DNA from: Gordius albopunctatus
Taxonomy: Eukaryota
Assembly: GCA_964276515.1 (NCBI GenBank)
Contig: OZ193910.1
Span: 6,200,001 to 6,264,000, forward strand
Direction of reading: 5' to 3'
Length of the DNA stretch: 64,000 nt
The notes under the pieces were generated by a model that had not been told where the DNA came from, did not search any database, and saw only the letters and a list, made by a program, of their open reading frames with translations. Numbering within the stretch: the stretch's first letter is position 1; each line of letters begins with the position of its first letter. This document shows positions 1 through 13,840 of the stretch, one piece after another. The position numbers were made by a program, and so were the translations under genes.

Positions 1-367
1 CGAATTTTTGCAACCCGACTCTATAATTAATTTCAAATTTACTCTAGCTTGACCCGACAATTTCTTTTTTGTGCCCGACTCGATCTAAAAAGAATTTATT
101 TTCTGATCTGGCCAATGTGAAATACAATGTTGTATGAAATTGGACCCAAGTATGTAAGATTTGAAATGCCTATTATTAAATAGTATAGTAACAAGTAAAA
201 ACAAAAGTTTTCAAAAGGCATAATATGTTTTTACCCTTACGGTCTCATAAAAATTTACTTTTAAGACTTGGTTTAGTTTTTTAATTTCCAACCTAAACCT
301 TTACAATTATAATTTTTAATTGACCCCAACTCTCATTTTTAACTGAATCCAATCTTATCCTTTTAAG

Positions 368-547
368 GTGGCTTACGAATGCGCTAGACAATACAAAGAT
401 CTGCACAATCAGCTTACACCGGATGATAATTTAACTTTCGACACTACCGAATTTCCATGCGCCTTATCAATTACTATTGAAGATCCTCAAGAATCGCTTC
501 TCCTTAAAGAAACTCGCCTAACTTGTCTACAAACCTCTAGCGAATAA
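368..547 (+). CDS. Probable terminal exon of an unidentified gene that starts upstream of the window
   Basis: TTTTAAG acceptor followed by 60 open codons (VAYECARQYKDLHNQ...LQTSSE*), with higher GC than the flanks. No recognisable domain. Confidence 0.5.
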   Translation: MAYECARQYKDLHNQLTPDDNLTFDTTEFPCALSITIEDPQESLLLKETRLTCLQTSSE

Positions 548-633
548 AAACAGTCAGATTTATATCGTATTATATATATTATTGATCACAATGTATTTTT
601 ATATAAAAAATATTGAGGCAAAATACATATCAT

Positions 634-3600
634 TCAATTTTGTACGATCCACGATTCATTGGAAAATAACCAACGTTGTTGCTTTTCGTTTGCCGAACAT
701 TTATCCATTTTTAAATTATTTTGTTCCCTCCACTTATTGATGTCAACTATCCGATCGACTGATAAACACAAGTTTGTCCACGTATTTTTGAAAAGTTTTG
801 TCTAAAAAGTGTCCGATAATAATGGGATTTAATTTATTCTACCTTTGGTTCGTAAATCCATTTTTGAGATTGCTTTTTAAAATTGCACAACCTTAGCACG
901 ACGTTATATTTATTTTGAGGGCTTTTTGCCCCAAATTGCAGGGGGTAATTATCGAGGCACATGGCTTCGTCTGTCATAATCATTAAATTTTTCTTATACA
1001 CGAAGCGCTATAATAAATTTGTGATTATACAATGTATTGCACCTTCTAAAATTACTTGCGAGATATCTATGTATTTGTATTTACATGGCTTTAAGGTCAG
1101 CTTTGAATATAAACCATTAATGCCTGCTTTTGCGTGTATGCAGGTTTTACTACTGAAATGTTGAATCTATAAAATATTAATATAAACCTTCAATCTGTAT
1201 AAAAAACAATTATTCTCGTTATCAAATAGGCTCCTCATGAAAAGTATTTTAGTAATGATTTTTGTTATTTGAAAAATCCTTAATATTTTGTTTTTTAAAA
1301 ATATGTTTATCAGCCATATCTATCTTAAAAATTCACACAAAAATTAAAACAGCCTACGTAGAAACTAAATTGTGAGCAGCATAATAGGGATTGTTGTGTT
1401 AATCCTTAAGGGAAGCTATAATACCTCATCTGAAATGATTCCTTGTTGTGCTAGGCTATCTTTATATGAAATGTTTTTTATACATATTGTAAATTAATAT
1501 TTATTAAGGCCAAATCTTTATGAGGATTAAATAAATTAACCAATAGTATTTTATTATGTGTAAAATTATTAAATGACAAATAAACTTTTACAGGAGATTT
1601 TAGCTTCATAGATTTTTTTCCCTCAACTAAATCTTTTTTGTTAACCATGATGTACACTTAGATTAGAGCAATACCAATTGATATTTATTTGATAATATAA
1701 ATATTTTAGGACGCATCGCATATGATATAACTCTTCTTGGGGGGGGGGGTCAAATTAAAGGGACTAGACAATCTAAATTTAGAGGAACCATGCACGCATC
1801 GATTGTGAAAATGGGTTAGGTTACAAATCTCCATATATTGTTAGGTAATTGTTAATGTTACCTTTCCAAAAATCTGATAATCTGACGGGAAATAATTTGA
1901 AGGATACACATTTTGTAGATACCAATCAAAATTTTGGCATTTTAGTGTTTCTCGAATATTTATGCGTTCGGTAACGTTTGTTATTGATCCATACTTCTTA
2001 ATATCTATGAGAATATAGGGAAAAAATATTATAATAAACCAAAAGTAGGCATTAAGAAGGCTTTTGTATAATTTTAAGCATGGAGGTCTGGGCCATATAT
2101 AGAGAATTACGTTTAAAGCGTTTAACTAAAGAGGGAAAATAAAAAGCAAGCGGTAGCAGGATAAACCAGTTGTCAAGATGGAGTATTGTTATATATAATA
2201 ATCTTACAGGCGCGTAGCCAGGATTTTCTCAAGGGGGAAGAAAAATTCAAAAAAATTTCGACACTTTTATTTATAATGTAACAAAAGTAAACTTCGCGTA
2301 CAATGCATATGCGAAACTTCAAGGCGCTATATAACCAGCTTTGGAAAAATCTCTTCTCATCATTAATCAGAGCATTTACGATCGATTTTATACCTTAAAA
2401 AAGGACATGGACCTTCAAAAAAATATTCAAATTTTGGTCAAGGGGGCAGAAAATTCCCGCTTTCTGCCCCCTTGGCTACGCGCCTGTAATCTTAACACCC
2501 CATTCTGCAAATATTCGTGGTATCCCTATCCCACTCTTTACCAAATTTTGGTATATATGCGCGCGCTTTCCCATCCCTTTAGTCCGCATTAATTGTTATT
2601 AATTGCTATGCAATTTATGGGCTCGATTTTTGTTGTCCGTCCGTTGTCTGTCCTTCTAACGTTCTGACTTGTTGGTTCGATACCCGGAGAGTTTTTTAAT
2701 TAGTTTTGATATGTTTATGATATTTTAAAGCATATTTCTTTAAGATCAAAGACTGTAATTTAAGCTAAACAAGAGTACACGCCATGGGCGTAGCTAGCTA
2801 GCATTGGAATGAGAGGAGGGTAAAATTATCATTTTTTGAAATTTTGGCCATAATTTTAATAAATTTTTGGATTTAGAGGGGGGCAGCCGCCCCTCCTTGC
2901 CCCCCCCCCCCCGGCTACGCCCATGGTACACGCAGATTTTGCGCCTCTTGTAGTGTTGTAAAAACAACTGGGTTTTGTCTGGTCGACCTTTAGTTTAAGT
3001 CTACTAAACATAAACAGACCAAAAAATTTCTGGTCCATTTTTCTTTGTCTTTGATCAATAATAATAAATTTAAATGGCATGCCTTTTATGATCCAGAGTA
3101 CAATCAGTAAGTGACATCAGAATTATTTACTACGTTTACAATTTTTTAATGAATAAGACTATTTAACGATATAAATAAACATAGCCGAACCAATTTGGAT
3201 TTTGAAAATGAGCTCATGGTTAAATATTATAGGGAACCCTTTTTACACGTATTTGAAGAAGTTTAAATACAAATGAAAAAAGTTATTGATTATAATAAAA
3301 TCTCTTTATACCTTAGAATCTGAAAGTTTTAGTGTTACTAAATTTGGTGTAAATATTTGCACCTACTTACAAAGTTTAATGTTAAAAACAAATTAAAGTC
3401 TTGTCATTATACCCTACTTTAATCATGCACTAATTAACCTATATCTAGCTAATTTATCATGACAATTTTACCAGGGGATATAAAGTAAATGAAATCTTTG
3501 TAGTTGTCCATCCAAACTTCGGCGACCCTGGCTAAATTTCTGTTTAAATTTAGCAATACACCACCTGGAAAAGTGTACGGTGAATTTTGTCTGAAAACAT

Positions 3601-6600
3601 GTCCAACATGAGAGCAGGGATTAATTAAAATGGATCCTCCACACTGCCAAATCTTAAAGCATCAATTATGATATTAAACTATTTTAATATTGGTTAAAGT
3701 ACCCGAAAAGATAGTTCCAAATTTTCTCCTCCCCAAATTTTCATCTCTTCATCATAAGAACCAATTTCGCTAAAATATTGTTTGTTGACTGCAAATAAAC
3801 CACCAGCCATAACGGGAGTCCTAAATTTGCGTTAAAAATAATTAAATCTCTATGATAAGTTGTTATTTAAAATTTGGACAGAATTAAACAATAAAGTCCT
3901 AACTTGTATACATTATTAGCGTTAATAATGTCCTGCCCGGGGTGTTTGCCTATAGCGTTGTACCATCTAAATTGTAGCTTCCACGTAAATCCACCCCAGG
4001 TATAAGGTAATCCTTGAGCATATTCAAAAGTATCATCCTTAATTATATCTATTACGGGACATACGACCGATTTCCTTGTGATAATTTAAAAATGTGTAAT
4101 GATGCAAATAAAAGGTTTGGTATTACTTATTTAAACTTAGTGTGTCTAATAATGGCTCCAACCAACCTTTGGTGCATTCACAATGTGAATCCAAAAATAT
4201 TAAAATATCATTTTTGGCCATCTTGGCCCCCATCAATCTAGAGGCAACGAGTCCGGATCTTTTTTCCATCCTGTATATGCGTGTGGGCACTTCCAATGTT
4301 CTAATATAGCTTTCAAGTGGTTTTCCAAGAAAATCTACATTAAGATAATTATATATGTATGGAGGAGATTTAATTAAACAAAGTTTAGGCAAAAAAGATT
4401 CATCATCTATTTTTCCCCAATAAATTGAAATGCAGCCTAAGAAACCTGTAGGGACAAACAAGAAATTCGCTACTTGGCGCTAAAATTCTATTTTTAAAGA
4501 ATTTTTCCAGTACAAAAATCGTGTTTTTGATTTGAATTTAGGCGACAATTGTGTCATTATACGGAGGGGATCAAATTTAAGTAAAATAATTTTTAATTGT
4601 TCTATATTAAGGTTGTGAACAATGACTTTCTAGAGCTCTTTATAGAAAAAGAAACCGGCACGGGCGGCCGAAATCTTGCAATTTTAAAAAATAATTTTGA
4701 GTTGAAATCTATTTTATCAAATAGGTTTATTACATTTTTAACTTGCTATTGCCCCAATCTTTAAGGTCAACTTAGCTTTTTAAATTATGTTTTACATTTC
4801 GGGTGGACTTAAAAACATCATTTTAAAAACTTTGTTTCATTCGGTTCGAGGAAAGGCAACGTCCTTTTTCACTTTGTTATGATATTTTAGGGATGTACTT
4901 TCAATGATAATTTTTTTGCTTATTTAGAATGAAACATTGACTTAAAATCAATAACTTGAATTCTATTTTATTAACATTGAAAATAGTGGCCTTCATTTAA
5001 AATATTTTGCCATTATTTTTTAATAAGCTCTAGGACTATTAATGTCGCCGAAAGTCAACTCCTTTTTTAGAATTTGGAAAAGAAGTGAATAAATTATCGC
5101 GCCTTACCTCGTGTACTAGCGTCATCTACTAAAACGATTTCGAGATTGATATTACCCGGTGACCTATTAATGACGCTCCGTATAGTTCGAATGAGAGTAG
5201 ACCAAGCTTCGTTGTGAAAGATAACAACAACGCTTGCTGATGCAAATTTAGAATGATTGTATTCCATTTCTTTGCACCTACAATTAAAATATAAATATAT
5301 TTTCGTCCCTTCATTCCAAAATTATATTTAATAAATAAATCGATTTTGACAAAGTAAAAAGTCATGGGCGTAGTCAAGGGTGGGGGGGGGGCGGGTGCCC
5401 CTCTAAATCAAAAGATTTCTTAAAATTTATTTTTTAAATGGCTAAATATGAAAAAATGATAATTTTGCCCCTCCTTTAATCATTATTACCCCCCTCTAAT
5501 TTCAATGCTGGCTTTGTCCATGTAAATAGTCTTTGATTTAGATTTTGGTTATTAACCTCTTCCTTAAACAAAGTACTGTGGTGTGCCAATTATATTAATT
5601 GCTATGCAATTTATGGGCTCACTTTTGCATTTTGTTTGTCACGCTCTTCGGTGTCTTGCACCGAATGTCTTGTCAAGCTGTTTAATTTTATTATTAATTG
5701 CTATTATTAATTTAACTAGTTTTTGGGTTCGAATCCCGTTTTTTTTACTCTTATGATTGTTCTTGTTACTACCATTGATAATAAGACTTTTTGGCCATCC
5801 GTTGGATGCTGACCGATGGAAAAAATGACCATTGCCCAAAATCTGAATACAAGTTTTTTTTTCTTTTTTTTGGCTAACATTGATAATTACCCTATGCCCT
5901 CCCCTAGCAGAGCCTATGCCTCTACTGATATGGGTCCCTGCCCCCCCCCTTTACAAAAGCCTATGCCTCTCCTGATGTGGGTTCGAATCCCGGAGAGACC
6001 AATTTTTTTATATTTTTTTGTGTAAATTAATATATTGTTCTTGTTACTACCATTAATAATAAGACTTTTTGGCCGTCCGTTGAGTGCTGACCAATTGAAA
6101 AAATGACCATTGGCCAAAATGTGAATCGCAATTATTTTTTTCGTTTTTTTTGACTCTTATGATTGTTCTTGTTACTACCATTGATAATAAGACTTTTTGG
6201 CCGTCCGGTGGATGCTGACCGATGAAAAAAATTACCATTGGCCAAAATGTGAATCGCAATTTTTTTCCGTTTTTTTACTATTATGATTGTTCCTGTTACT
6301 ACCATTGCTATTATGACTTTTTGGCCGTCCGCTGGCTGCTGACCGATGGAAAAAATGACCTTTGGCCAAAATGTGAATCAAAATTATTTTTTTCTTTTTT
6401 TTGACTCTTATGAATTTATATCCACTTTTACCGTATCCTGGCTGCTGACCAATGGAAAAAATGACCTTTAGCCAAAATGTGAATCGAAAACTTTTTCATC
6501 GTTTTTTTTGACTCTTATGAATTTATAGACTGTCCGCTGTCTGCTGACCAATACAAAAAATGACCTTTGGCCAAAATGTGGTTAAAAAAGTTTTAATTTA

Positions 6601-9380
6601 GCACCTGTAAATTTTTTGAGATATCCTTACAATACCTGTGTTATTTTTAGGTCTACTTTCTAAAACATATTTTAAAGTCTAATGCCTCAGTTGATTGAAT
6701 GTGTAAAGCCTATGCCACTACTGATGTGGGTTCTAATCCCGGCGAGGTCAAATGTTTTGATTTTTTAAATTAATATATCGTTCTTGTTAATACCATTTAA
6801 CTTTTTAAATATTTGTATAGATTAATAATCTACTAAATAATTTTGCATTTAATACCCCCCTATAGGCACTCTCGCCCCTTCCCACCTTTCTCGCCCATAA
6901 ATTTCATAGCAAATATGCTACGTTTATACGGAGTATAGAGGAGTCGTCCCCCCTTCCCCTCCTCCCCTTCCCACGAGGGCCGAAGGCCCGAGTTTTTTAT
7001 AATCCAATTTCGACTGTAAACAATCAAAAATATGTTCTTCTAAATGTAATATAAGGTAAAAATTACTAATATATAAATATTTCATCTTTAACCCCTAATA
7101 AAAGTTAATTTATTTAATTATACTCAAAACTCTAAGCGTTATTATAAAAATGGGCTTATCAAGCGACATAAGAAATATTTTAAAATATATATTGTTATAT
7201 ACGTTATAATAATGTTTTAAACGTGCAAAGCAAAGCCCTGCTCTTTTAGGGTAGGGCGATTCCTAGCTAATTTTTTCAATTATTTACATTCTTTCCTAAG
7301 AGCTTCTCATCTTTTACTTGGCTTACGGGTCTTTCTGGGAGCTGAAGACGGAGTAATGTATATCAAAAAACATTTTGGCCAAGAAGGGTATGGACCTTAA
7401 ATTTGGAAAGTGTCGCTAAATACAAGGATATACTAAATATTCGGTGGAATATCTGAAAACTGCTAGAGGTTGGAATATGCTCTTGAATATGCTTTTTCTA
7501 GCAGAATATTATGGAGCAAGCAAAATTTAGAAAATTGATTTTAAAGAAATAATTTTTATCAGAGTTTTTTATTTTTTCAACCGTTAGACTCGAGGTCACA
7601 GTTGATTAAAGAAGCTTGTGTTTTGCTCAAAAAAATGTGTTAGCTTTTTTCTAAAAATCTAAGAATAAATTTATAAAAGTTGTGCCTATACAATATATGC
7701 ATTTAACTTTAGTATGGTAAAACAGTTGAGCGACACATATAATATTATAAAATTAAATAGTGTCATTGTTATAATTAACCTTATGTTTCCTACTTCTGAT
7801 TTCAAGAGTCGAAAAATAAAATTGATAAATTACTCCAAAGATAGGGGACAATTGTTTAGAAGGGGAATTTAAAAAGTGGGTACTTTTGATTTAGGTATAC
7901 GCTTTATTCTACTATACCATAACGGTTTAAAGTGATGAACGTTTTAAAGGAATATTAGTCTTTTTCCAAAAAATTTATTAAACGCCTAATATGGAAAAAG
8001 TGAGCAACTGACTTGGCAGGTCTTACATCGGTCAAATTCCTATCAACTGATATGACGTCGCTAGCCATTAAATTAAATTGATTGATTTGCCAATATTTAT
8101 TGAGCGTGTATCTGTATTTAAAAGGGACTATAACAGGTTTCCCCAATTCTCCTTCATTTTGGATTGGTGAATAGTTATTATGATTGATTTCATCTATATA
8201 TGGTTTGAAAAATTAAAATTGTTTAAAACTTTTTAATAAAATCAAAGTAATGATTGTTACTACCCTGGAATATATTTATATGTTTTGAAAAATTGGGATC
8301 GTTTAATAATTAATTAATGCTACTAGAATTGTATTTTATCGAAGAAAAGAAAATTTGCATAACAATCATTAAAATAAAACAGATATTTCTGAATATTCTG
8401 AGATTATTAAAAGAAAAAACTCATTTTAGCATTATACCATTGTTTAAGTCAATCGGTTTCTGATTTTCCCAAGACGTTTCGTGTTTATTAAAATAACCGA
8501 TTATAACCTTCATCGTTGATAATTTGAGATTATGACGTATTGCGCGAATTCTATCAGGTAACAACTGACGATTCAATTTTACCTTTTTATAGGTAACATA
8601 AATTAAATTTTATAAAATTGATTAAAATATATTCATAAATAAGATGTCTGCTAACGCCAAAATTTAATATCCAAGTTTGGCTTATTTTTGCTTTTAGTTT
8701 ATCATTTTTCCCCTTGCCATTTTATCAAAATTTTATAAACAAAAACAATAAGCAATATATTCATAATATATTACGGGGATAAATTATTTAAAAATAATCC
8801 ATCAACGGAGCATGGCCGAATGTTTCCTTTTTCAAGTGGCCTTCTAAAGTTAGCCTCCTTTTTGTTATAAATTATTAAAAGGCCTTCCATTTTGATTATT
8901 TTTCAATTTTATTGGAATTTTAGGATAAATATCTATTTCTGAACAATCCTTTCAAAATTAAAAAGCCACTAATCGGGATTCAAACTAGGATAATATGCTT
9001 CGAAAATATAAAAAGTTGTTTTCTTATATATTATATATGCCCGTTTTCATTAAGCTAGCATGATTTAATATACTTACTTCTCTTTTGGGATTCAACTCCA
9101 CAATATTTTGTATTTTATTGTTGATATTGATATTATTGCTGAATGATAAATATACAATGTTCTCCACGTTTTTGCCCCAATAGGTCAATAGAAATACGGT
9201 GGAAAATATAGAAATTACGATTAAAAGGTAAAAGAAGGAATGAAATTTCCTTAACCATCCATAAAATGCGTGATTTATTCCTCTCGTGTGTTTATAAATC
9301 CATGTTTTTGAGTGGTTGTTTGACAAAAATAAAATGGAATTTCCCCGATTTAAGGCAATGAATTCTTTGGAATATGGCAT
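634..9380 (-). CDS. GALNT: Polypeptide N-acetylgalactosaminyltransferase (GT27), ~687 aa. Exons 9380-9078, 8582-8438, 8193-8013, 5277-5108, 4334-4127, 4074-3904, 3820-3703, 3652-3472, 2004-1862, 1166-1056, 1007-843, 801-634
   Basis: Type II TM segment ([17 protein letters not shown]), motifs [22 protein letters not shown] (DxH), [18 protein letters not shown] and [10 protein letters not shown], then three ricin-B-like Cys/QxW repeats. All junctions are GT-AG and phase-compatible. Exons 1-2 are less certain and the paralog is not assignable. Confidence 0.93.
2207..2486. mobile_element. hAT-type MITE in a GALNT intron
   Basis: TIR CAGGCGCGTAGCCA...TGGCTACGCGCCTG with a perfect 8-bp TSD TAATCTTA. 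Confidence 0.85.
2599..2692 (+). mobile_element. 5' fragment of the DINE-1/pearl-like Helentron family
   Basis: SubTIR ATTGCTATGCAATTTATGGG, a (GTCY)n tract and a GGTTCGATACCC box, matching the end of the copy at 20765-22445. Confidence 0.7.
2783..2925. mobile_element. hAT-type MITE (CATGGGCGTAGC family)
   Basis: TIR CATGGGCGTAGC...GCTACGCCCATG with a perfect 8-bp TSD GTACACGC. Confidence 0.88.
5363..5522. mobile_element. hAT-type MITE (CATGGGCGTAGC family)
   Basis: Degenerate version of the same TIR. TSD TAAAAAGT/TAAATAGT (7/8 match). Confidence 0.75.
5596..6995 (+). mobile_element. Non-autonomous Helentron (DINE-1/pearl/HINE-like) with central ~119-bp tandem repeats
   Basis: Subterminal inverted repeat (TTGCTATGCAATTTATGGG ... 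CCCATAAATTTCATAGCAA), 3' GC hairpin GGGCC-GAA-GGCCC followed by a T run, no TSD, and several internal GACCATTGGCCAAAATGTGAATC-containing units. Confidence 0.8.
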
Positions 9381-9475
9381 AGCTATGATCTTGGAATGTT
9401 GTTCTTTATTTGGTATAAGTTTTATTTTCGATTTTAGTGGGCTAAAACAGTAATTTAATTCAAATTATACGATAT

Positions 9476-9581
9476 AAAGATTACAATGTAAATCGTTAAA
9501 TCCCACACGATTTCCATACACGGATCAACGCCATCCGTTTAGTTATAGTGCCTTTTTATATTTTTTATAGTCGTGAATGTA
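9476..9581 (-). promoter_or_regulatory. ~105-bp TATA plus twin-hairpin module upstream of GALNT (second copy at 55128-55232)
   Basis: About 90% identical to 55128-55232 by manual alignment. On the minus strand it reads TATAAAAA, two stem-loops, then a GT donor-like site. Confidence 0.4.
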
Positions 9582-10830
9582 TTATATATTAACTTATTTT
9601 AGGCACTCAATTAATCAATGACGGCTAGTTTACTATTGATAATAAAAAACTTTATTCATAATTTAGCTTAAATATTATACAAAATACTATAATAACAAAG
9701 TTACTCTATTTAAAAATGTAATTTTATGATGGAGCTACCAAAATTCGAATTAAATAAAGTTGGCCATGACATTTTAACCTAGAGAAAACATGGATAATTA
9801 GTTATTTGTAATTTATTACGATTTTCAATCTTATAACGGGCAAGGAATTCGGTTCATTGTTTGCAGGCGACACATTTTTAGCCTTAAAATAAAAATCTAA
9901 GAGGTTTAATAAATAAACTATAATATTTTACTTAGAAACTGGCAATTTTTATCGATAACAATATTTTACATTTGATTAAGTAAATCTCTGGTTAAATTGG
10001 AATTTGTATTTAAGGGTGATCAAAAATTTTACTGAATGGGTCGATTATAAGTAAATAATATTGGAAAGGAAGAATTTTATAATAAACGTTTCAATAAAAA
10101 GCGTAAAGATTAATATTCTTGTTTAATTAGAGATTAGAATCAATTAAAATAATATCACTTACAATTCTTTTGGAAAATAGATGACCCAATAATTGTTATA
10201 TAACATAAATTTGTATTTATACTGGCGAGTGACAAAATTATTTTACTACATATTGTAGATAGTAAGTTGTTGTTAACAAAGGTTTCGTCAAATAGGTCAT
10301 AAAGATAATTGTTGTTTACTACTCTTTGAACCTGACTTTTTTGTAACGCTTCACTACACATGCTACACAAGCTGTATGTCATAATTACTTGTTCAATGAC
10401 TAATACTTTTATACAATATTCTTCTCATTTATTATAAATTTGTTATTTCACGTCAAACAAACATAAATTATTTTATCTTACTTGGCTCTTTTCCCTTTTC
10501 TCTTAGTTAAATTTCCTTCAGTGGCTTAGGCATTATCGCCCCCGTTCTATTGCCACAAAATATTTTACAATATTTTCTGCGTAAATTTATGCTAAGTCTC
10601 TTTTTAGTGTTATGTTGAAAATAGCAATATTAAATTGGCTACACTCAAAACTTATTTTTTAAATATAAATTCAATATTTTACCAAAGATAGTCAACGCTT
10701 ATATATCCTATTTTTCTTACCCTAACTAATGTGTAAAAATATTATTTATCACCCTCACAAAAAAGTATATTTTAACTGAAAGTCAACAAATCTTAATTGT
10801 TTTATTATCTATTTATTGATTTTAATTTAG

Positions 10831-11515
10831 AACTCAGGCCTTTGGCCCTCGTGAGAAGGAGGAGGGAGGGAAGGGGCAACGAAACTCATCTATACTCCGT
10901 GTCCGTATGAACGTAGCATATTTGCTATGCAATTTATGGGCAAGAAAGGTGGGAAGGGGCGAGAATCCCTATAGGGGGGGGGTATAAAATGCAAAATGAT
11001 TAGTTAATTATTCAAACAAATATTTAAAAAGCTAAATTTTTGTAAAACCTGCTATTATTGAGGAATAGGTTTTCTTTTATTCATTCTTATTTACCAACTT
11101 CTAAATTAATCAAAAGGACGAAGGGAACGCAAATAGAGGGTATGACCTTGGAAAAGCCAATAGTCATCCTTCCAAAATATATAAATTTCAATTTAGAGTT
11201 TTTTTGATACTGTATAAATTTAAACAATTTAGTGTAGACGACCCATAATTTGAATTATGAATATAGACTCAATTCAAATCATGCGCATATGTATAATATA
11301 AACAAGATATTAAAAAAACAAAAAAAATTCCAATCAGACCTTGGCCATTTTTTCTATTAACAAGAAGAATATATTTAATTAAAAAATAAGCCTTTGGGGG
11401 GGGGGGCACATATCAGTAAAGGCATAGGTTCTTGTAGGGGGGGGGGGCATAGGGTAATTATCAATGTAACGAAAAAAAATTCGATTTATACTTTGGCCAG
11501 TGGTCATTTTTTCCA
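10831..11515 (-). mobile_element. Truncated copy of the Helentron/DINE-like family
   Basis: Terminal hairpin (CTCAGGCCTTTGGCCCTCG), the subTIR and partial internal units are shared with the other copies. Confidence 0.7.
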
Positions 11516-13269
11516 AAGAGCCACACCCACGCTGCTAGTCTCCTTTTCTGGTGAAGACATTCAGTGTGGGTGTGTTGAATACCGACCATTAGCTAGTCTA
11601 TTATTTTTTCATAGAGACCCGATGGACCATTAGATATATGTTAAGGGGGTGTTATTAGCTAGTTTTTATTGGAATCTGGTGCAAAATCTAATATGTGCAA
11701 AATCTAATAATGTAATATTCGCATTTTAGAAATTGAGACCGGTTTTCACGCATATTCATACGCATGTAATATGTACTAAAAAACTAGGTAATAAAAGGAT
11801 ACTATAATTCTTAATTGAAACAAAATAAGTTATATCAAAATGTATAATACTATTTTATAAATAAATACATAGTATCAAATAAATCACTAAATCTACCCCT
11901 AACCCTTGCCTATATTAGATTTTGCACAGAAGTGTTTTATTGACATCATCATCAACACGATGTGTGTTGCTGTTGTGCGTGCAGTGAAGTCAAACTTGTT
12001 AATCTCTAAGCTATCTTCCTATCTATAAAGTGTACTAATATTAAATTAAAGACCTTTTATTATAACAATTAGGCCAGGGGCATACGCAGGGTTGTATAAT
12101 TTTTTTTTTGGGGGGGGGGGGTGGTGAGGGGGTATAAGGGAAAGGGAGGGTTACAATATCAAATAAACTGTATCTAAGCTTGGTGTTTTTGTTATGCCCC
12201 TCCAAAAATATAATATTCTTAAGCCCTTGTAATTTTTACACAAATTATAAATTATTTTTATCTTTCGACTAATTTTTATCTGTAATAAGTTAAAGCACAA
12301 CAGACATTTTATTAAAAAAATATTAACATAGTGAGAATATAACCATATAAACTAATTATATTATTTACAGAGTGTTCCAGCTATTTAAACATACTCTATA
12401 TTTTAAATTAGCAGTCGACAATTTATTTATTTTATTAGTCAGGGTATTAACGGCGGACGAGAATATTCTTTCGCTAGGGACTGACTTAGGGGCTTGTCCC
12501 AAATAATCCTGTGTGGTATTTATTTTTTAAACTTTTATTTTTAACTCCAAATCATCCTTGTTTCATTTCCGATAAATTAATTGTAAATATTCGTGGCATA
12601 GGTTAGGCAATATAAAAATATAGAATCAAATAAACATTTCTCGAGGGGGGGGGGGGGAAGCTGGCAAAAATTTTATTACATTCTATTTGTAATTAAAAAT
12701 AAAAATTAAAAAACCAACAAGTCGGGCTCGCTGCTGGGCCCAATCGGTTTAGGGGTGGGCAGGCTACCGTAAGAAAAATCATTTTTATCCGATAAAATCG
12801 TTATAAAAAATTTATTATGAAAATTTTATAACCCCCTCCTTCAAAAAATCCTTCTTATGTTTCTAGGTTTTTATAAGTGTCTTGAAGTCTTTGATGTAAC
12901 TAAACTATAATATTTTAACCAATTTAATTTAATTATTAATCAAAAAACTTTTCAGGAATTCCCCCCCCCCCTCAATTACGCCACTGATTTATCCACAATG
13001 TTGCTATTTTATGTTAAAGGAAAGTAAATAGTAAAAAGTACCCGCTCCCCATGCCTTATCTGTTTCATCAATGTGATGGTTAATGTAACTAATGTAATGG
13101 CACATGTGGCGGTTCTATTTTCTACAATTTAGGACCATGGGGGAGGGAATTAGTAAAAAAGGGACCTTACACTAGGCATGTGCGTCTTACGATGGACTTT
13201 ATAAGGATGTGACTTCTTAGTCTCTTTCTTCCTATTAAGGCGCGTCTGTAAAATGGCGCAATGCATAAC

Positions 13270-13520
13270 ATCACTGGCCGGGACACGGTCAAAAAGGATA
13301 TAAATACATAAGAGACGAATAAATATTTCGATTTATACTTTGGCCAATGGTCATTTTTTTATTGGTCAGTAGCCAGGACACGATCAAAAAGGATATAAAT
13401 ACATAAGAGACGAAAAAAATTTAGATATAAACTTTGGCCAATTGTAATTTTTTTTATTGGTCAGTAGCCAGAACACGATCAAAAAGGATATAAATACATA
13501 AGAGACGAAAAAAATTCGAT
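13270..13520 (-). repeat. About three tandem ~96-bp units related to the Helentron central repeat
   Basis: Recurring GGACACGATCAAAAAGGATATAAATACATAAGAGACG and TTGGCCAATGGTCATTTT motifs. Confidence 0.7.
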
Positions 13521-13840
13521 AAATTATTATAATTTTTCAAAGCCCTTTGGCTGGCTTATAAAAAGTATAATAATTTTCAAAAATATAAATCAAAAAAATA
13601 GTTAATATATATTTATGATACCTTTATATCAGAAAGTATTACCACAAAAGGTTAAAACGGAAACTTGTTTGAAGAGATAAAAATTCAAAATTATGTATCT
13701 AGGAAAATAGTTAATATATATTTTTTTATCATACCTTTATATCAGAAAGACCATATGGATTAGAACAAACAAAAATGGCGAATTAAAAAAATTAAGTGTA
13801 AACAATAACACACAAATTAACGAACATGATGATTGCGCTC

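Noticed and set aside
7231..7268. Hairpin GCCCTGCTCT/AGGGTAGGGC followed by CTAG, resembling a Helitron 3' end
   Set aside because: Single copy, with no matching 5' end or helicase remnant found.
9030..9050. Apparent GC-AG donor at the end of GALNT exon 1
   Set aside because: A canonical GTAAGT donor at 9077 plus the exon at 8582-8438 restores the phase without it.
11522..11576. 55-nt hairpin resembling a pre-miRNA
   Set aside because: Only a 13-bp good stem, adjacent to a TE fragment, with no conservation or expression evidence.
12100..12150. G and C homopolymer runs as G-quadruplex regulatory sites
   Set aside because: They are mostly parts of MITE and Helentron termini, and nothing here supports a separate function.
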